Positions 36,769 to 54,817 of a stretch of DNA of 64,000 nucleotides are shown one piece after another. The position numbers were made by a program, and so were the translations under genes. Positions within the stretch are counted from its first letter, which is position 1. Every line of letters begins with the position of its first letter. The notes below the pieces were generated by a model. That model was not told where the DNA came from. It saw only the letters and a list, made by a program, of their open reading frames with translations, and did no database searches. Origin of the DNA: Eledone cirrhosa (Eukaryota); NCBI GenBank assembly GCA_964016885.1, contig OZ024747.1:47988001-48052000 (forward strand), given 5' to 3'.

Positions 36769-36849
36769 CATATATATATACATATACATATATATATATA
36801 TATACATATATATACATATATACATATATATACATATATACATATATAC

Positions 36850-37309
<460 letters not shown>

Positions 37310-37355
37310 GTATATATATACATATATACATATATATACATATATATATTTATAC

Positions 37356-37531
<176 letters not shown>

Positions 37532-37569
37532 GTATATATATACATATATACATATATATACATATATAC

Positions 37570-37616
<47 letters not shown>

Positions 37617-37623
37617 CATATAC

Positions 37624-37692
<69 letters not shown>

Positions 37693-37699
37693 CATATAC

Positions 37700-37950
<251 letters not shown>

Positions 37951-38055
37951 CATATATACATATATATACATATATACATATATATACATATATACATATA
38001 TATATATATACACATATATATACATATATACATATATATACATATATACATATAT

Positions 38056-38120
<65 letters not shown>

Positions 38121-38415
38121 CATATATATATATACATATATATATACATATATATATACATATATATATATATACATATATATATATACATATATATATA
38201 TATACATATATATATATACATATATATATACATATATATATACATATACATATATATATACATATATATACACATATACATATATACATATATATACATA
38301 TATATATACATATATATATATATATACATATATACATATATATATACATATATACATATATATATACATATATACATATATATATACATATATACATATA
38401 TATATACATATATAC

Positions 38416-38692
<277 letters not shown>

Positions 38693-38779
38693 CATATATA
38701 TATACATATATACATATATATACATATATACATATATATACATATATATATATATATATACATATATACATATATATAC

Positions 38780-38846
<67 letters not shown>

Positions 38847-38963
38847 CATATATACACATATATATATATACATATATATACATATATATATATATATACA
38901 TATATATACATATATACATATATACATATATATACATATATATACATATATACATATATATAC

Positions 38964-39982
<1,019 letters not shown>

Positions 39983-39984
39983 TA

Positions 39985-40020
<36 letters not shown>

Positions 40021-40053
40021 CATATATATATACATATATACATATATATATAC

Positions 40054-40088
<35 letters not shown>

Positions 40089-40101
40089 CATATATATATA
40101 C

Positions 40102-40136
<35 letters not shown>

Positions 40137-40155
40137 CATATATATATACATATAC

Positions 40156-40190
<35 letters not shown>

Positions 40191-40235
40191 CATATATATA
40201 CATATATACATATATATACATATATACATATATAC

Positions 40236-40757
<522 letters not shown>

Positions 40758-40787
40758 GTATATATATACATATATACATATATATAC

Positions 40788-40931
<144 letters not shown>

Positions 40932-40975
40932 GTATATATATACATATATACATATATATACATATATACATATAC

Positions 40976-41006
<31 letters not shown>

Positions 41007-41013
41007 CATATAC

Positions 41014-41082
<69 letters not shown>

Positions 41083-41089
41083 CATATAC

Positions 41090-41334
<245 letters not shown>

Positions 41335-41431
41335 CATATATATACATATATACATATATATACATATATACATATATATATATATACACATATATATACA
41401 TATATACATATATATACATATATACATATAT

Positions 41432-41496
<65 letters not shown>

Positions 41497-41789
41497 CATA
41501 TATATATATACATATATATATACATATATATATACATATATATATATATACATATATATATATACATATATATATATATACATATATATATATACATATA
41601 TATATACATATATATATACATATACATATATATATACATATATATACACATATACATATATACATATATATACATATATATATACATATATATATATATA
41701 CATATATACATATATATATACATATATACATATATATATACATATATACATATATATATACATATATACATATATATATACATATATAC

Positions 41790-42028
<239 letters not shown>

Positions 42029-42115
42029 CATATATATATACATATATACATATATATACATATATACATATATATACATATATATATATATATATACATA
42101 TATACATATATATAC

Positions 42116-42148
<33 letters not shown>

Positions 42149-42173
42149 CATATATACACATATATATATATAC

Positions 42174-42204
<31 letters not shown>

Positions 42205-42269
42205 CATATATATACATATATACATATATACATATATATACATATATATACATATATACATATATATAC

Positions 42270-42342
<73 letters not shown>

Positions 42343-42363
42343 CATACATATATATATATATAT

Positions 42364-43273
42364 ATAATATAAGATCAAAAGATGGTTAAAGGAGTTCCAT
42401 ATATTTTATTATGCGCATTTCAAAAACAAACATCATCAAACAATAATATTTGTGTTTTCATCACATAAAACAGGAGAACATGTTATGAAGGCTAAAAAAA
42501 CACTTGTTGATAGTGCAGTTTTAAATCAACATATGAAAAGTGGTTTTAGATTGATGTGTGATATTGGGAAAAATATTTTATTTAGAGAGGGGGGGGAGAA
42601 AAGGATGAAAAGGGAAGGAGATGAGAGGGAGAGATGGGTGATAGAGAGAAAGAGATAGTTTTTATAACTGAGAGGAGATATATTTTATATAGAGGGGTTG
42701 AAAACCGTTGGAAGATACTGTATAAATTAAAAATTTTGAAAATTAACGAAGGGAGGATATGTGCGAGGAAAAAATATTTTTTCCTCGCACATATCCTCCC
42801 TTCGTTAATTTTCAAAATTTTTAATTCATACAGTATCTTCCAACGGTTTTCAACCCCTCTATATAAAATATATCTCCTCTCAGTTATAAAAACTATCTCT
42901 TTCTCTCTATCACCCATCTCTCCCTCTCATCTCCTTCCCTTTTCATCCTTTTCTCCCCCCCCTCTCTAAATAAAATATTTTTCCCAATATCACACATCAA
43001 TCTAAAACCACTTTTCATATGTTGATTTAAAACTGCACTATCAACAAGTGTTTTTTTAGCCTTCATATCATGTTCTCCTGTTTTATCTGATGAAAACACA
43101 AATATTATTGTTTGATGATGTTTGTTTTTGAAATGCGCATAATAAAATATATGGAACTCCTTTAACCATCTTTTGATCTTATATTATGCATACTCCAGTC
43201 CCACAAACTGTAGAGTGCTTCTTATCCGATATCTGCATTGCTTTATTGTACTACAATAAAACTCACCTCCTAC

Positions 43274-43274
<1 letters not shown>
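42364..43274 (+). repeat. Palindrome + tail, copy 3 (HHR motif at 43081-43147)
   Basis: Offset +6676 from copy 1. Confidence 0.96.
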
Positions 43275-43306
<32 letters not shown>

Positions 43307-43311
43307 CATAT

Positions 43312-44612
43312 ATCATCATCATCATCATCATCAACGTTTAACGTCCGTGTTCCACGCTTGCATGGGTTTGGACGGGGGTAGTCCCACTTGAGGCAAGAGT
43401 GATTGTCTTGCTCGCATAGGACTGTCTGGCAGGTTTTCTACAGTTGGATGCCCTTCCTAACACCAACCACATTTACAGTGTGGGTCTGGGAGGTTTTTAC
43501 CGTGTTGCCTACACGGCCACATTACAGCGTGGACTGTGTGTTTTTTTGTCGTGACACCTACACGATCTCATTTGTTTCGGCCTCGATGGCGCGGCACCAA
43601 CATAACTTTACATAGAACGGGGTGGTGTGGATCGGGTGGGGGTGGGGGTGGTGGGACGGGGTGTATTTTGTTAGAGATGCCTACTGGCTGGAGTAGGTTT
43701 TACTATATATTTAGGTAAGGCGGGTCTTCTCTGTTACTGAGTACCGCCAAAGGTCTCGGTCCAGTGACATTGTCTTGGAGAGGTGTAAGTGTGTGATGTC
43801 GGAGTTTATCAGCTCGTCCCAGGTTTTTCTAGGTCTGCCTATTCCGTGACTACCGTCTATCTTTATTGCCCTGCACTTTGTTATACAGCTATCGACTTTC
43901 ATGCGCATCACGTGTCCATACCAACGTAGCCTTCTCTCGAGTAAACAACATCTGATCCCTCTTATCTCTAATTTATTCCTTAGTTCGTTTATGCTTTGCC
44001 GTTCACGTATATTACTGTTACACATCCAGCGGAGCATGCAAGCTTCGTTCCTCTCTAGTCTGCGTATATCCTCTGCACACAATGCCCAGGTCTCACTGCC
44101 ATGCAGCATTGCTGTTCGTATGCAGGCATCGTACAACCTGCCTTTCATTTTTAGTGAGAACCCTTTAGCAGCTAATAGTGGTATAAGCTCTCTGAACTTT
44201 TTCCAACCAGTTCTGACTCTAGCTACAGTACTTTCAGAGCACCCTCCCCCACTGCTGATTTTATCGCCCAGGTAACGGAAGCTGTCCACTATTTCTATAG
44301 AACCCTCTGCGCAATTGAAAGAGCTAGTAGTTTGTGGGCACTTGCTGCTACTTATTGCACCAGAGCACCGGCCACATGTAAAATCTATGTTCTTAGTTAG
44401 CTTACCTGTGATCCCACTACATCTTTTATGCACCCATACTTTGCATTTAGGACATAAAATGGAGTTTCTACCTACGCCTTTCCTACACACCGAGCACGAC
44501 CATTTCCCCGAAGGGACCGCCGCCTTGTTTTCTTTCCTACAAACTAGTACTTTGGTCTTAGCCAGGTTAATTTTAAGTCCTTTTGACTCTAGGCCGTGCT
44601 TCCATGTTTGGA
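43312..44612 (-). mobile_element. RTE LINE family C, second near-identical copy
   Basis: Matches 33312-34612 at ~10.0 kb offset with only a few differences. Confidence 0.94.
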
Positions 44613-44647
<35 letters not shown>

Positions 44648-44666
44648 CATATATATATACATATAC

Positions 44667-44771
<105 letters not shown>

Positions 44772-46383
44772 CAGGTTCCCTGCTTGTGTCTTGAAGGCGT
44801 GTCAACACCAACTTGCATCTCCTCTTGCCAATCTGTGGCGGAACTCACTGGATGCTGGATATGTGCCAGAAAACCTTCTATCCCAGTCTGTTGTCCCAGT
44901 TTTCAAAAAGGGAAACAAATCCCTTGCCGTGAATTACCGTCCAATCTCACTCACCTCTCATATCATTAAGGTATTTGAGAGAGTGGTGAGATCGCGAATG
45001 ACCCACTTCCTTGAGAGTAACAATATGCTGAACTCCAACCAGCATGGATTCCGTAATGGAAGGGATTGCCTGACGCAGCTACTGCAGCACTTTGATGACA
45101 TTTTGAGAGCCTTGGGAGAAGGTTCCAACACTGATGTTATCTACCTTGATTTCAGCAAGGCCTTTGACAGGGTTGATCATAACATTCTACTGAGAAAGCT
45201 GTCCAATATTGGTGTCACTGGAAAGCTGCTGCAGTGGATCAAGAGCTTCCTGTCAAACAGAACCCAACATGTTGTAGTTGAGGGAGTCAAATCCAGCCCA
45301 GCCAAAGTCAGTAGTGGGGTCCCACAAGGCACTGTGTTGGGCCCACTTCTCTACATCATCTATATTAATGACATCACTGACATCATCAAACACAGCAACA
45401 TTAAAATTTTCGCTGATGATTCCAAGCTCCAAAAGGTCATCAATGGCGTGGATGACCGGATAAGCCTTCAGTCAGACCTACTGGCTGTTACCCAATGGGC
45501 GGAAAAGAACAACATGTTACTGAACGAAGACAAATTCGAACTGATCCACTTTGGAAAAGAGGATGCTCTGAAACTCCCATACTGCCTTCCCTCCGGGGAA
45601 ACTCTCGTGGCATCTAACAACATCAGAGACTTGGGAGTAACCGTGGACAGCAACATAAGCTGGACCACGCATATAAGCAGCAAAGTTGACATGGCCCGCA
45701 GAATGTGTTCCTGGATCCTCAGAACCTTCCAGTCGAGAGATTCCCGCACCATTATCCTTCTCTTCTCTACTTTTGCCCGACCACACCTTGAATACTGTTG
45801 TCCACTGTGGTCTCCCCACACGAAACAAAGTATCATGAAACTTGAAGCTCCTCAAAGGGCAATCACGAAAAAGATAGATGGCATGTCAGACCTTGACTAC
45901 TGGGGTCGATTAGAAAACCTGAAACTTTACTCACTCCAACGTCGCCGTGAGCGTTATATTATCTGCATGATGTGGAAAATGTTCCATCATCACTGCCCAA
46001 ATGATGTTGGCATCGCCTTCAAGATACACCCAAGGCTTGGGCCCCGTGCTATCCGTCCCATTCAAAAATCTAAATCGCAACTCATAACAACAATACGGCA
46101 CAATTATTTCACCTCAATCGGCCCTGCTCTCTTCAACATCACACCACGACACGTCAAAACAGAAACTGACCACACAAAATTCAAGAAGTCTTTGGACAAA
46201 TTCCTCCAAGTAATCCCGGACAAACCACCCACACCCGGATATGTCTCCGCAAACAGTAATTCTCTTCTCGAATGGGCCATGGTGCCCAAATCCTGAATTG
46301 AAAGACTTCGCCAGGTGGTGCTATTAAGTTAGACATGGCCTGGGCCAATACTGGCCAAAACATTTCAAAGTTATTCAAAGTTA
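44772..46383 (+). mobile_element. CR1-like LINE family 2, 5'-truncated, intact RT frame to 46296
   Basis: [52 protein letters not shown]; tail ttcaaagttattcaaagtta. Confidence 0.93.
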
Positions 46384-46386
46384 TAC

Positions 46387-46509
<123 letters not shown>

Positions 46510-46733
46510 AACAATTAAGTTAAAAGTGTACATCCACATATGTATACTGAAATACTAGTATGCATATAAATACACACACGTATACATATGTACATGTACC
46601 GAGCTTTTCACTGGACACTTTACTGTGAGTGTTCAGCTAGTCCGTATGTAAACACACAGACAAACCGGTTTTTAGAGTCATACTGGTTTTCGAGGAAACA
46701 CCTTTCCTCTATTCTCCAGAGAGCCAGACAGGA

Positions 46734-46776
46734 ATATTGGACTAGTTTCGATGTTATTACATCTCATCAGCAATAT
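46734..46776 (-). ncRNA. Canonical minimal type I hammerhead ribozyme motif
   Basis: auauug-CUGAUGA-gaugu aaua acauc-GAAA-cuag-UC-caauau. All stems Watson-Crick, GUC triplet. Confidence 0.88.
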
Positions 46777-47128
46777 ATACCCATCCTCCAGCCTCTCTAG
46801 AGAATCCTAAAAGCACATATCGTTATATGCTTTTTCTATGAAAATTAGTAGTGGGCAGACTAATTTGCATAGAGTGTGAGTACGTACCGGTTCAGCGGAA
46901 ACGATATATATATACATATATATACATATATATACATATATATACATATACATATATATATATACATATACATATATATATATACATATACATATACATA
47001 TATATATATACATATATATATATACATATATATATATACATATATATATATACATATATATATATACATATATATACATATATATACATATACATATATA
47101 TATATACATATACATATATATATATATA

Positions 47129-47161
<33 letters not shown>

Positions 47162-47241
47162 ATATATATACATATATATATATACATATATATATATACA
47201 TATATATATATACATATATATACATACATATATATATATAC

Positions 47242-47281
<40 letters not shown>

Positions 47282-47393
47282 ACATACATATATATACATA
47301 TATATATATACATATATATACATATATATATATACATATATATACATATATATATATATACATATATATATATACATATATATACATATATAT

Positions 47394-47424
<31 letters not shown>

Positions 47425-47428
<4 letters not shown>

Positions 47429-47940
47429 GGAGGTGAGTTTTATTGTAGTACAATAAAGCAATGCAGATATCGGATAAGAAGCACTCTACAGTTTGTAGGA
47501 CTGGAGTATACATAATATATAAGAACAAAAGATGGTTAAAAGAGTTCCATGTATTTTATTATGCGCATTTCAAAAACAAATATCATCATGCAATAATATT
47601 TGTGTTTTCATCAGATAAAACAGGAAGACATGATATGAAGGTTAAAAAACACTTGTGGACAGTGCAGTTTTAAATCAACATATGAAAAGTAGTTTTAGAT
47701 TGATGTGTGATATTGGGAAAAATATTTTATTTTGAGGGGGGGGGGGGGATGAGAGTAAAAAGTGGAGAGGGAGGAGTATAATGAGGAAAGATGAGATAGG
47801 AGGAGAGATGGGTGATAGAGAGAGAGAGATAGCTTTTATAACTGAGAAAGATATATTGTTTTACATAGAGAGGTTGAAAACCGTTGGAAGATAATGTATA
47901 AATTAAAAGAATTTGAAAATTAACGAAGAGAAAAATAATG
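47425..47940 (-). mobile_element. Single-arm diverged relative of the 35688 palindrome unit (HHR motif at 47554-47620, -)
   Basis: Reverse complement of tail plus one arm, intact CUGAUGA/GAAA core, not folded back. Confidence 0.88.
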
Positions 47941-48005
47941 TAATAATGTATATATATATATATATATATATACATATATACATATATATATACATATATA
48001 CATAC

Positions 48006-48046
<41 letters not shown>

Positions 48047-48089
48047 CATATACATACATACATACACATACATACATATATATACATAC

Positions 48090-48122
<33 letters not shown>

Positions 48123-48166
48123 CATACATATATATATATACATACATACATATATACATACATATA

Positions 48167-48782
48167 TCATCATCATCACCGTTTTACGTCCGTTCTTCCA
48201 CGCTAGCATGGGTTAGACGGGTTGTCCTGTTGTGGGCAGTGTCTGGTCGGTTTACCATACCTTGCTCATACAGGAACTAATTTGGCTTGACTTCTACAGC
48301 TGGATGCCCTTCCTAACACCAACCTCATTTACAGTGAGTGCTGGGTGCTTTTTCGTGGCGCCTACACGTCCACTTTACAGTGTGGGCTGGGTGCTTTTTT
48401 GCCGTGGCACCTCCACGACCACCTTGCGGTGGGGGGTGTAGGGGCATATTGTCTATATGCTTCAGCTTGTACCCATGGGAGGTCGGGTACTCTGTATTAC
48501 TGCATGACGCCAGAGGTCACGGTCGTGTGTCATTGCCTTTGAGAGGTGTAATTGGGTAAGGTCGGCTTTTATCACCTCATCCCAGGTCATCTGGGGTCTC
48601 CCCACACCGCGGTTTCCATCGACTTCTCGTGCTCTGCACCTTTTTATGCAGCTGTCATCCTTCATACGCATCACATGTCCATACCAGCACAACCGCCTCT
48701 CCTACACACAGCATTTGATTCCTCTTATACTCAGTCTCTCTCTCAATTCATTTATGCTTTGTCGTTCACGTATATTACTGTT
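48167..48782 (-). mobile_element. RTE LINE family A, 3' fragment
   Basis: Reverse complement of ~22770-23394. Confidence 0.92.
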
Positions 48783-48820
48783 ATATATCCATACATATAT
48801 ATACTGGTATATATCCATAC

Positions 48821-48851
<31 letters not shown>

Positions 48852-49888
48852 CATATACATACATATATATATACATACATATATATATTTCAACATACTT
48901 CGGAAATTCCACTTTCCGAAGTATGTTTAATCTATGATATCCATTGCACTCGACTATATCTTAAACACCTTTAAAATGATCCTATTATTTAATGAGTTTT
49001 TCTTTAAAAATTAAAATTTATTTAAATGATCTTCCCTCTTAAATTTAGTATTTTTACCATTTGATATTCTTTTCCTAATGATACTCTTCTTAATATATTT
49101 TTTAGATGTAGAATGATACTCTTTAATTGATATTCTGAATGATATTCTCTGTATGGTAATTCTTCGAAATGCACTCTTGAATTATCTAATAATTAATAAT
49201 TCATTTTTTCCTCTCTTTAATCTTCAAACTTTTCACACATCTTTCGATGTAAATAATATGTAATTGAAAATTCTCATCCTTGAGAAACATATAATATAAA
49301 ATACCTTATAATCTCGCACAAAATAATATATAATTTTCTCTACATACTTTCTAAATATTTATGTAAAATCAACATCCTTCGTAACTCATATTAGAAATGT
49401 AAACAATTAATACGTGTGGTTTATTTCTATAAAATCACCAATAATACTTATACTTGTACAATTATTAATCTATATAGATATTTATATACTTACAACCTGT
49501 TGCAATGTAATAAGATAAAATGTACTTACAACCATTAATCTTCATTTAATCTAATTGATTATATATATAATATTATAACTCATAATATAGCTAAATAATT
49601 TTTTTAGCTAAATAATTTTTTTAATTCACGCAAATACAACCTTTTCTTTCTTTCTCTTTCTTCTTCGTACACATACATATATATACCCTAATAATTATTT
49701 AAATCTACCTAGCTTCTAAAAATAACGTTTTTTTCAAGCCTGTATCTCAAACTCATTTGCATACTAATCTTAATAATTTGAAATATTTGATTTTTCTTCT
49801 CTTTTCCTTCTTTTCTTACTATCCAGGAAAAACTTTAACTGTTAAGATCTTCTTCCTGGATATGTCAATATTTATAAATCAAACTTTG

Positions 49889-49949
49889 TATTTTATCTGA
49901 TGAGGACGTACCAAAGTTTTGGTACCCTTGAAATATATATAATAGAATA
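49889..49949 (+). ncRNA. Type I hammerhead ribozyme motif at the end of an AT-rich island (48890-50090)
   Basis: uauuuuau-CUGAUGA-ggac guaccaaa gu uuugguac ccuu-GAAA-uauaua-UA-auagaaua. 8-bp stem I. Confidence 0.78.
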
Positions 49950-50105
49950 AATATGGTTTTATAAATATACTTTCTATTTATTTAATATCATTGATATTAT
50001 ACTCCAGAAAACCTGCCGAGTGCTTCGAATCATTTATAAATATATATATTTGCTGAATTACCAACAAATTAAATATCCCTTTTGCTTATACATACATACA
50101 TATAT

Positions 50106-50455
50106 GATAGCTGCTCTTTCATTATCGAGTATGGCCATTGCACGATATACCATTATTAATAATTATTAATTAATTCTATTGAGCAATGCCTGTGCGTGAA
50201 GATATTTTTTAAAGTGAGGAAAGACTGTGCACTGAGCCAATCCCACTCTCTGAGCGACAGTAGCTATAACCCGAAAAGAAGAAAAGATGAACATCATCGG
50301 TAACTACTGAGCCGCAGGTTTTATATCGGAGTTATCCCAGTTTCCTGAGTTGCCTTCTCCTAGAAGAATGCCCTAACAAAGGCTAGGGGTCCTTCACTCC
50401 CAGTGGTTTAACTGCGCGATTGGGTGTCCAGCCCGAATATTTCTATGTCCCCGCG
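50106..50455 (-). mobile_element. Probable bipartite non-autonomous RTE derivative
   Basis: 3' end motif shared with 14497 and 16543; the other end reads ctaggagaaggcaactc..gatataaaacc, resembling RTE 5' UTRs. Confidence 0.4.
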
Positions 50456-50746
50456 CATATACATACAATGGACCCATGCATATACACACATATACATGTA
50501 AATACATATGTACATGTGTATATACATATTTACACATTTTTGGATGGCCATTGACCCTTATGAGTTCTTCCGCCCTTTGTCAGGTTTTGTTTTTTGTCCT
50601 GCAGGGTGTCCAAAATCACCCTCCTCACCAAGTAAACTTGGTGAGGTTGCCAGTTTAGTCGCCAAACGATCCGACCATGCGACAGGTTGTATACATATAT
50701 ATATGTATATATATATATGTATATTTATATATATATATATATATAT

Positions 50747-51070
50747 ATACATTAAAATATATGATAAACACGAAACGTGTTTGCATTGCAACAGACAAAG
50801 TTAGCTATTAATGAAATAAACTAATTAAAGTGAACCTCGAAATCTAAATCCGTTGCGAAACGGATTTAGGTTTCGAGGTTCAAATTCGTCTTGGATTTTG
50901 AAATTTAGATCTGTCCAGGAATCATGGCCGTTGCCAATATAAGCTTGTCTTTATTGACTTATATCGAGACAGACAAATTGTATTCACTTTAATTAGTTTA
51001 TTTCATTAATAGCTAACTTTGTCTGTTGCAATGCAAACACGTTTCGTGTTTATCATATATTTTAATGTAT
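50747..51070. repeat. MITE-like/fold-back unit: 88-bp inverted arms with internal hairpin 50832-50881
   Basis: 50747-50834 is the reverse complement of 50983-51070. Confidence 0.88.
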
Positions 51071-51149
51071 TTAACTGCTCGGAAATGCCCCTTTTCTTGG
51101 AGCTTAATTATTGTAAACGACTGAGAGTTTATTCTCAAAATATAATATA

Positions 51150-51197
<48 letters not shown>

Positions 51198-51891
51198 ATA
51201 TGGGTGAGAAGAATACTGCTGGTTGCACATGGATAACATGTTATAAAATGAGTCCCTCATCAGTGATTTACCAAACGATCATGGGTATTTCATCGCATTA
51301 AAAATCATATACCTCACGTTGGAGCGATAATAACTAAAATAAGTTATTAGGACAATAGAAACGCGTAAAGCGAGTGAGACAAGTAAACAACACAGGGGGA
51401 AGCTAACCGAAGATGGAAATAAACACAAGCAACATAGTTATTCTTTCAGCATAAGCTGTGTGAATATATGAGCGAGTCAGAAAACAGACCTTTCGCTAGT
51501 GAATCCGGTGTTAGAAAGAATGAAAACCGTTTTCCCAGCGAACGGGAGGAAGAAAGAAGGGGAGAAACAGGGACTGAGTGAGTGGGAGTGCGAGGAAGAG
51601 GTCAGTAGAGAGAAAGAGTTAACTGACATGGCAGAGGGGACGAAAGAAAGTAAGAGAAACAGAGAGAATGAGGGAGCAGTAAGAGAGAAAGAGAGATATA
51701 TGTATATATAGAATGATTTAGTATCGAGAGAGAGAAAAGAGGAAAGATGGGCGATACATATATTTAGTTGCCAACAGTGTGTGCAAATGTGCTCAATACT
51801 TGTGCCTACAGGGTTAAATATTAGAAGCGTTAATATTTAGTGGGCGACAAAGAATAAGCAGAGCGATTATAAAAGAAATGAATACAAGAAT

Positions 51892-53057
51892 TATAAACCG
51901 TTAAAACATGCTTATAGAACAATGCGCCTACATACGTTTCACCCGGAGTGGGCTTATCAAGGGCATTGAAAACAAAAAAATGATCAATACGCGACCCAGG
52001 AGGGGTTCTAAGGTTAAATTCACATCAGAGTTCATTCTTCGCTTAAGTGCATGTGTTGTTATTCCGTCAGAGCTGGTGCTCGACCAATCATGTCCTACTT
52101 GGTTTTTTATCCATTCATATGATGGCATTTGTGTTATTATTTTATGGGTGCTGTTTCACTAATGCAGATTTGAGCCAAGTCTGGGATGCACATTTATTAT
52201 TTTGTGGGTGTTGTTTTTACTTATGCCAGTTCATGCAGTGTCTGGAATGTACATTTGGTTCACAGATGTTTGCTTAAACCGCCTGCCCACCGGCAGGTGG
52301 ACCCAGTTTATAGTTTTCATGCCGCAGTTGCTTCCCAGGCGAAGTACGAGGCCTGCACTCAGTGCTTACAGTTTATGACTGATTCTGCCCTGCTGTTTAT
52401 GAGCTCGTGGGGTGTTCTTATGATGTAGTAAAGCTCCATGAGGCAAAGCTGGCATTTCCTCTTGAAATTGTAGGGTGAAGCCCTACCTACAATATCCCAG
52501 TGTGTGGAGAAGCTGATGTTGGCGTCTTTTAATGTAGTGACGTAATTGGCAAGTGACGTGGAGTGCCTTAGTTTTTTGTTCCTAAAAGAGTGGAGATGTG
52601 TTCTAAATCTAGTTTTGAACTAGCCAGAGGTAGCCCCTATATAGTGTTTAACTCTATTATGGTTAGTTACGGTACACCTATACATAATCTTATCAGTCAG
52701 GCAGTTTCCCCTGAGAAGGCAGCCTCCATTGTCACGACAGTTGCATTTTCTGAAGTAAAGCTATTACTATTGGTACCTATGTTGTTATATGTCTCTATCT
52801 CAGTCATTGGTACTGTTATATCTCAGGGCTTGCGGTGTTGTACCATTATCCCTCCACACATCGCAGCCCGTTCTGTTGTCAGTGGGTGACCCGTGCGGGT
52901 CACCAGTATATTCCCCAACTCTGCTGTGAATTTAACGTTAGAACCCCTCCTGGGTCGCGTATTGATCATTTTTTTGTTTTCCATGCCCTTGATAAGCCCA
53001 CTCCGAGCGAAACATACGTAGGCGCATTGTTATATAAACATGTTTTAACAGTTTATA
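51892..53057 (-). mobile_element. Penelope-like element: GIY-YIG remnant (~52330-52870) between inverted ~140-bp pLTR copies
   Basis: Minus strand CNCRDNGGCLLRGNCLTDKIMYRC..HYIGATSG*FKTRFRTH..CQLCLMELYYI. 51892-52032 is approximately the reverse complement of 52917-53057. Confidence 0.88.
51921..51967 (-). ncRNA. Hammerhead motif with U3-A8 variant core (mirror copy at 52983-53027 on +)
   Basis: aaugccc-UUGAUAA-gccc acucc gggu-GAAA-cguaug-UA-ggcgcauu. Confidence 0.7.
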
Positions 53058-53080
53058 CTCATTGTATTCATTTCTTTTAT

Positions 53081-53424
53081 ATCATCATCATCATCATTTC
53101 ATTTTACGTCCACTTATCCCTGCTTGCAAGGGTGGGACGGGAACAGATTCTGGCTTGATTTCTACAGCTGGATGCCCTTCCTAACACCAACCTCATTTAC
53201 AGTGAGTGCTGAGTGCTTTTTTGCCGTGGCGCCTCCACGACCACTTTGCAGTGGAATGATAGGGAACCCAGTCCCTATCATCTCCTTTCTACAGCTGAAT
53301 AAACTGGAGTAATGTGAAATAAAGTGTCTTGCTCAAGGAAACAACACATCACCCGGTCTGAGAATTGAACTCACAACCTTTCGATTGCAAGGTCAATGCT
53401 CTAACCACTAAGCCATGTGCCTCC
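53081..53424 (-). mobile_element. tRNA-derived CORE-like SINE with RTE tail
   Basis: A box TGGCTTAGTGG, B box GTTCAATTC, CORE-like ccttgagcaagacactt..ctcagctgtagaaatgag, RTE-B-type 3' end. Confidence 0.88.
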
Positions 53425-53426
53425 AC

Positions 53427-53949
<523 letters not shown>

Positions 53950-54003
53950 TATATATATGTATATGTATATATATGTATATGTATATATATGTATATGTAT
54001 ATA

Positions 54004-54068
<65 letters not shown>

Positions 54069-54069
54069 G

Positions 54070-54114
<45 letters not shown>

Positions 54115-54139
54115 ATATATATATGTATATATATATATG

Positions 54140-54171
<32 letters not shown>

Positions 54172-54491
54172 TATAACGGCGTTCCTGTTTTAACGACATC
54201 ACAACTTTCTCCGCTTAGCCTGTTCCCCCCCCCTTTGGAACTTTCCCCCGTTGATGGGCGTGAGCCCGAAATATTGGGATTAAATCTCCACTACGGTAAC
54301 CCTTCTACCTTTGTTTTGTTTTCATCTTTGTCTCTCTCTATTTTCACTTTCTCCTATTTCTCTTATCTATCATTCACTTCCTACCTCGAGATTTCCCTCT
54401 GCATTGTTGTGGCTTTCTAAACTACGTATTTTACACATTTCACAATGCTTCAAGCAAACTTTAACACCCTCATATATATGTATATATATAC

Positions 54492-54523
<32 letters not shown>

Positions 54524-54817
54524 ATATGTATACATATATATATATATATATGTATACATATATGTATATATATATATATATATATATGTATACATATATG
54601 TATATATATATATATATATGTATATACATATGTACATATATATATATGTATATATATATACATATATATATATGTATATATATATACATATATATATTTA
54701 TATGTATATACATATGTACATATATATATGTATATATATATATATATGTACATATATATATATATGTACATATATATATATATATGTATATATATATGTA
54801 TATATATATGTATATAT

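Noticed and set aside
50541-50690. Hairpin-rich island, considered as an HDV-like ribozyme from an RTE 5' UTR
   Set aside because: Two hairpins are visible but the nested double pseudoknot could not be assembled by eye.
51230-51300. Minus-strand CTGATGA near 51257-51263
   Set aside because: No correctly placed GAAA plus NUH; the only candidate lacks U16.1.
51330-51890. GA-rich unique stretch with a 70-aa ORF
   Set aside because: Low complexity, with no domain or splice evidence for a host exon.
54244-54279. ttgat-gggcgtgagccc-gaaa-tattggg, hammerhead-like
   Set aside because: The core lacks G8/A9 and stem III is not formed; at best a decayed relic.
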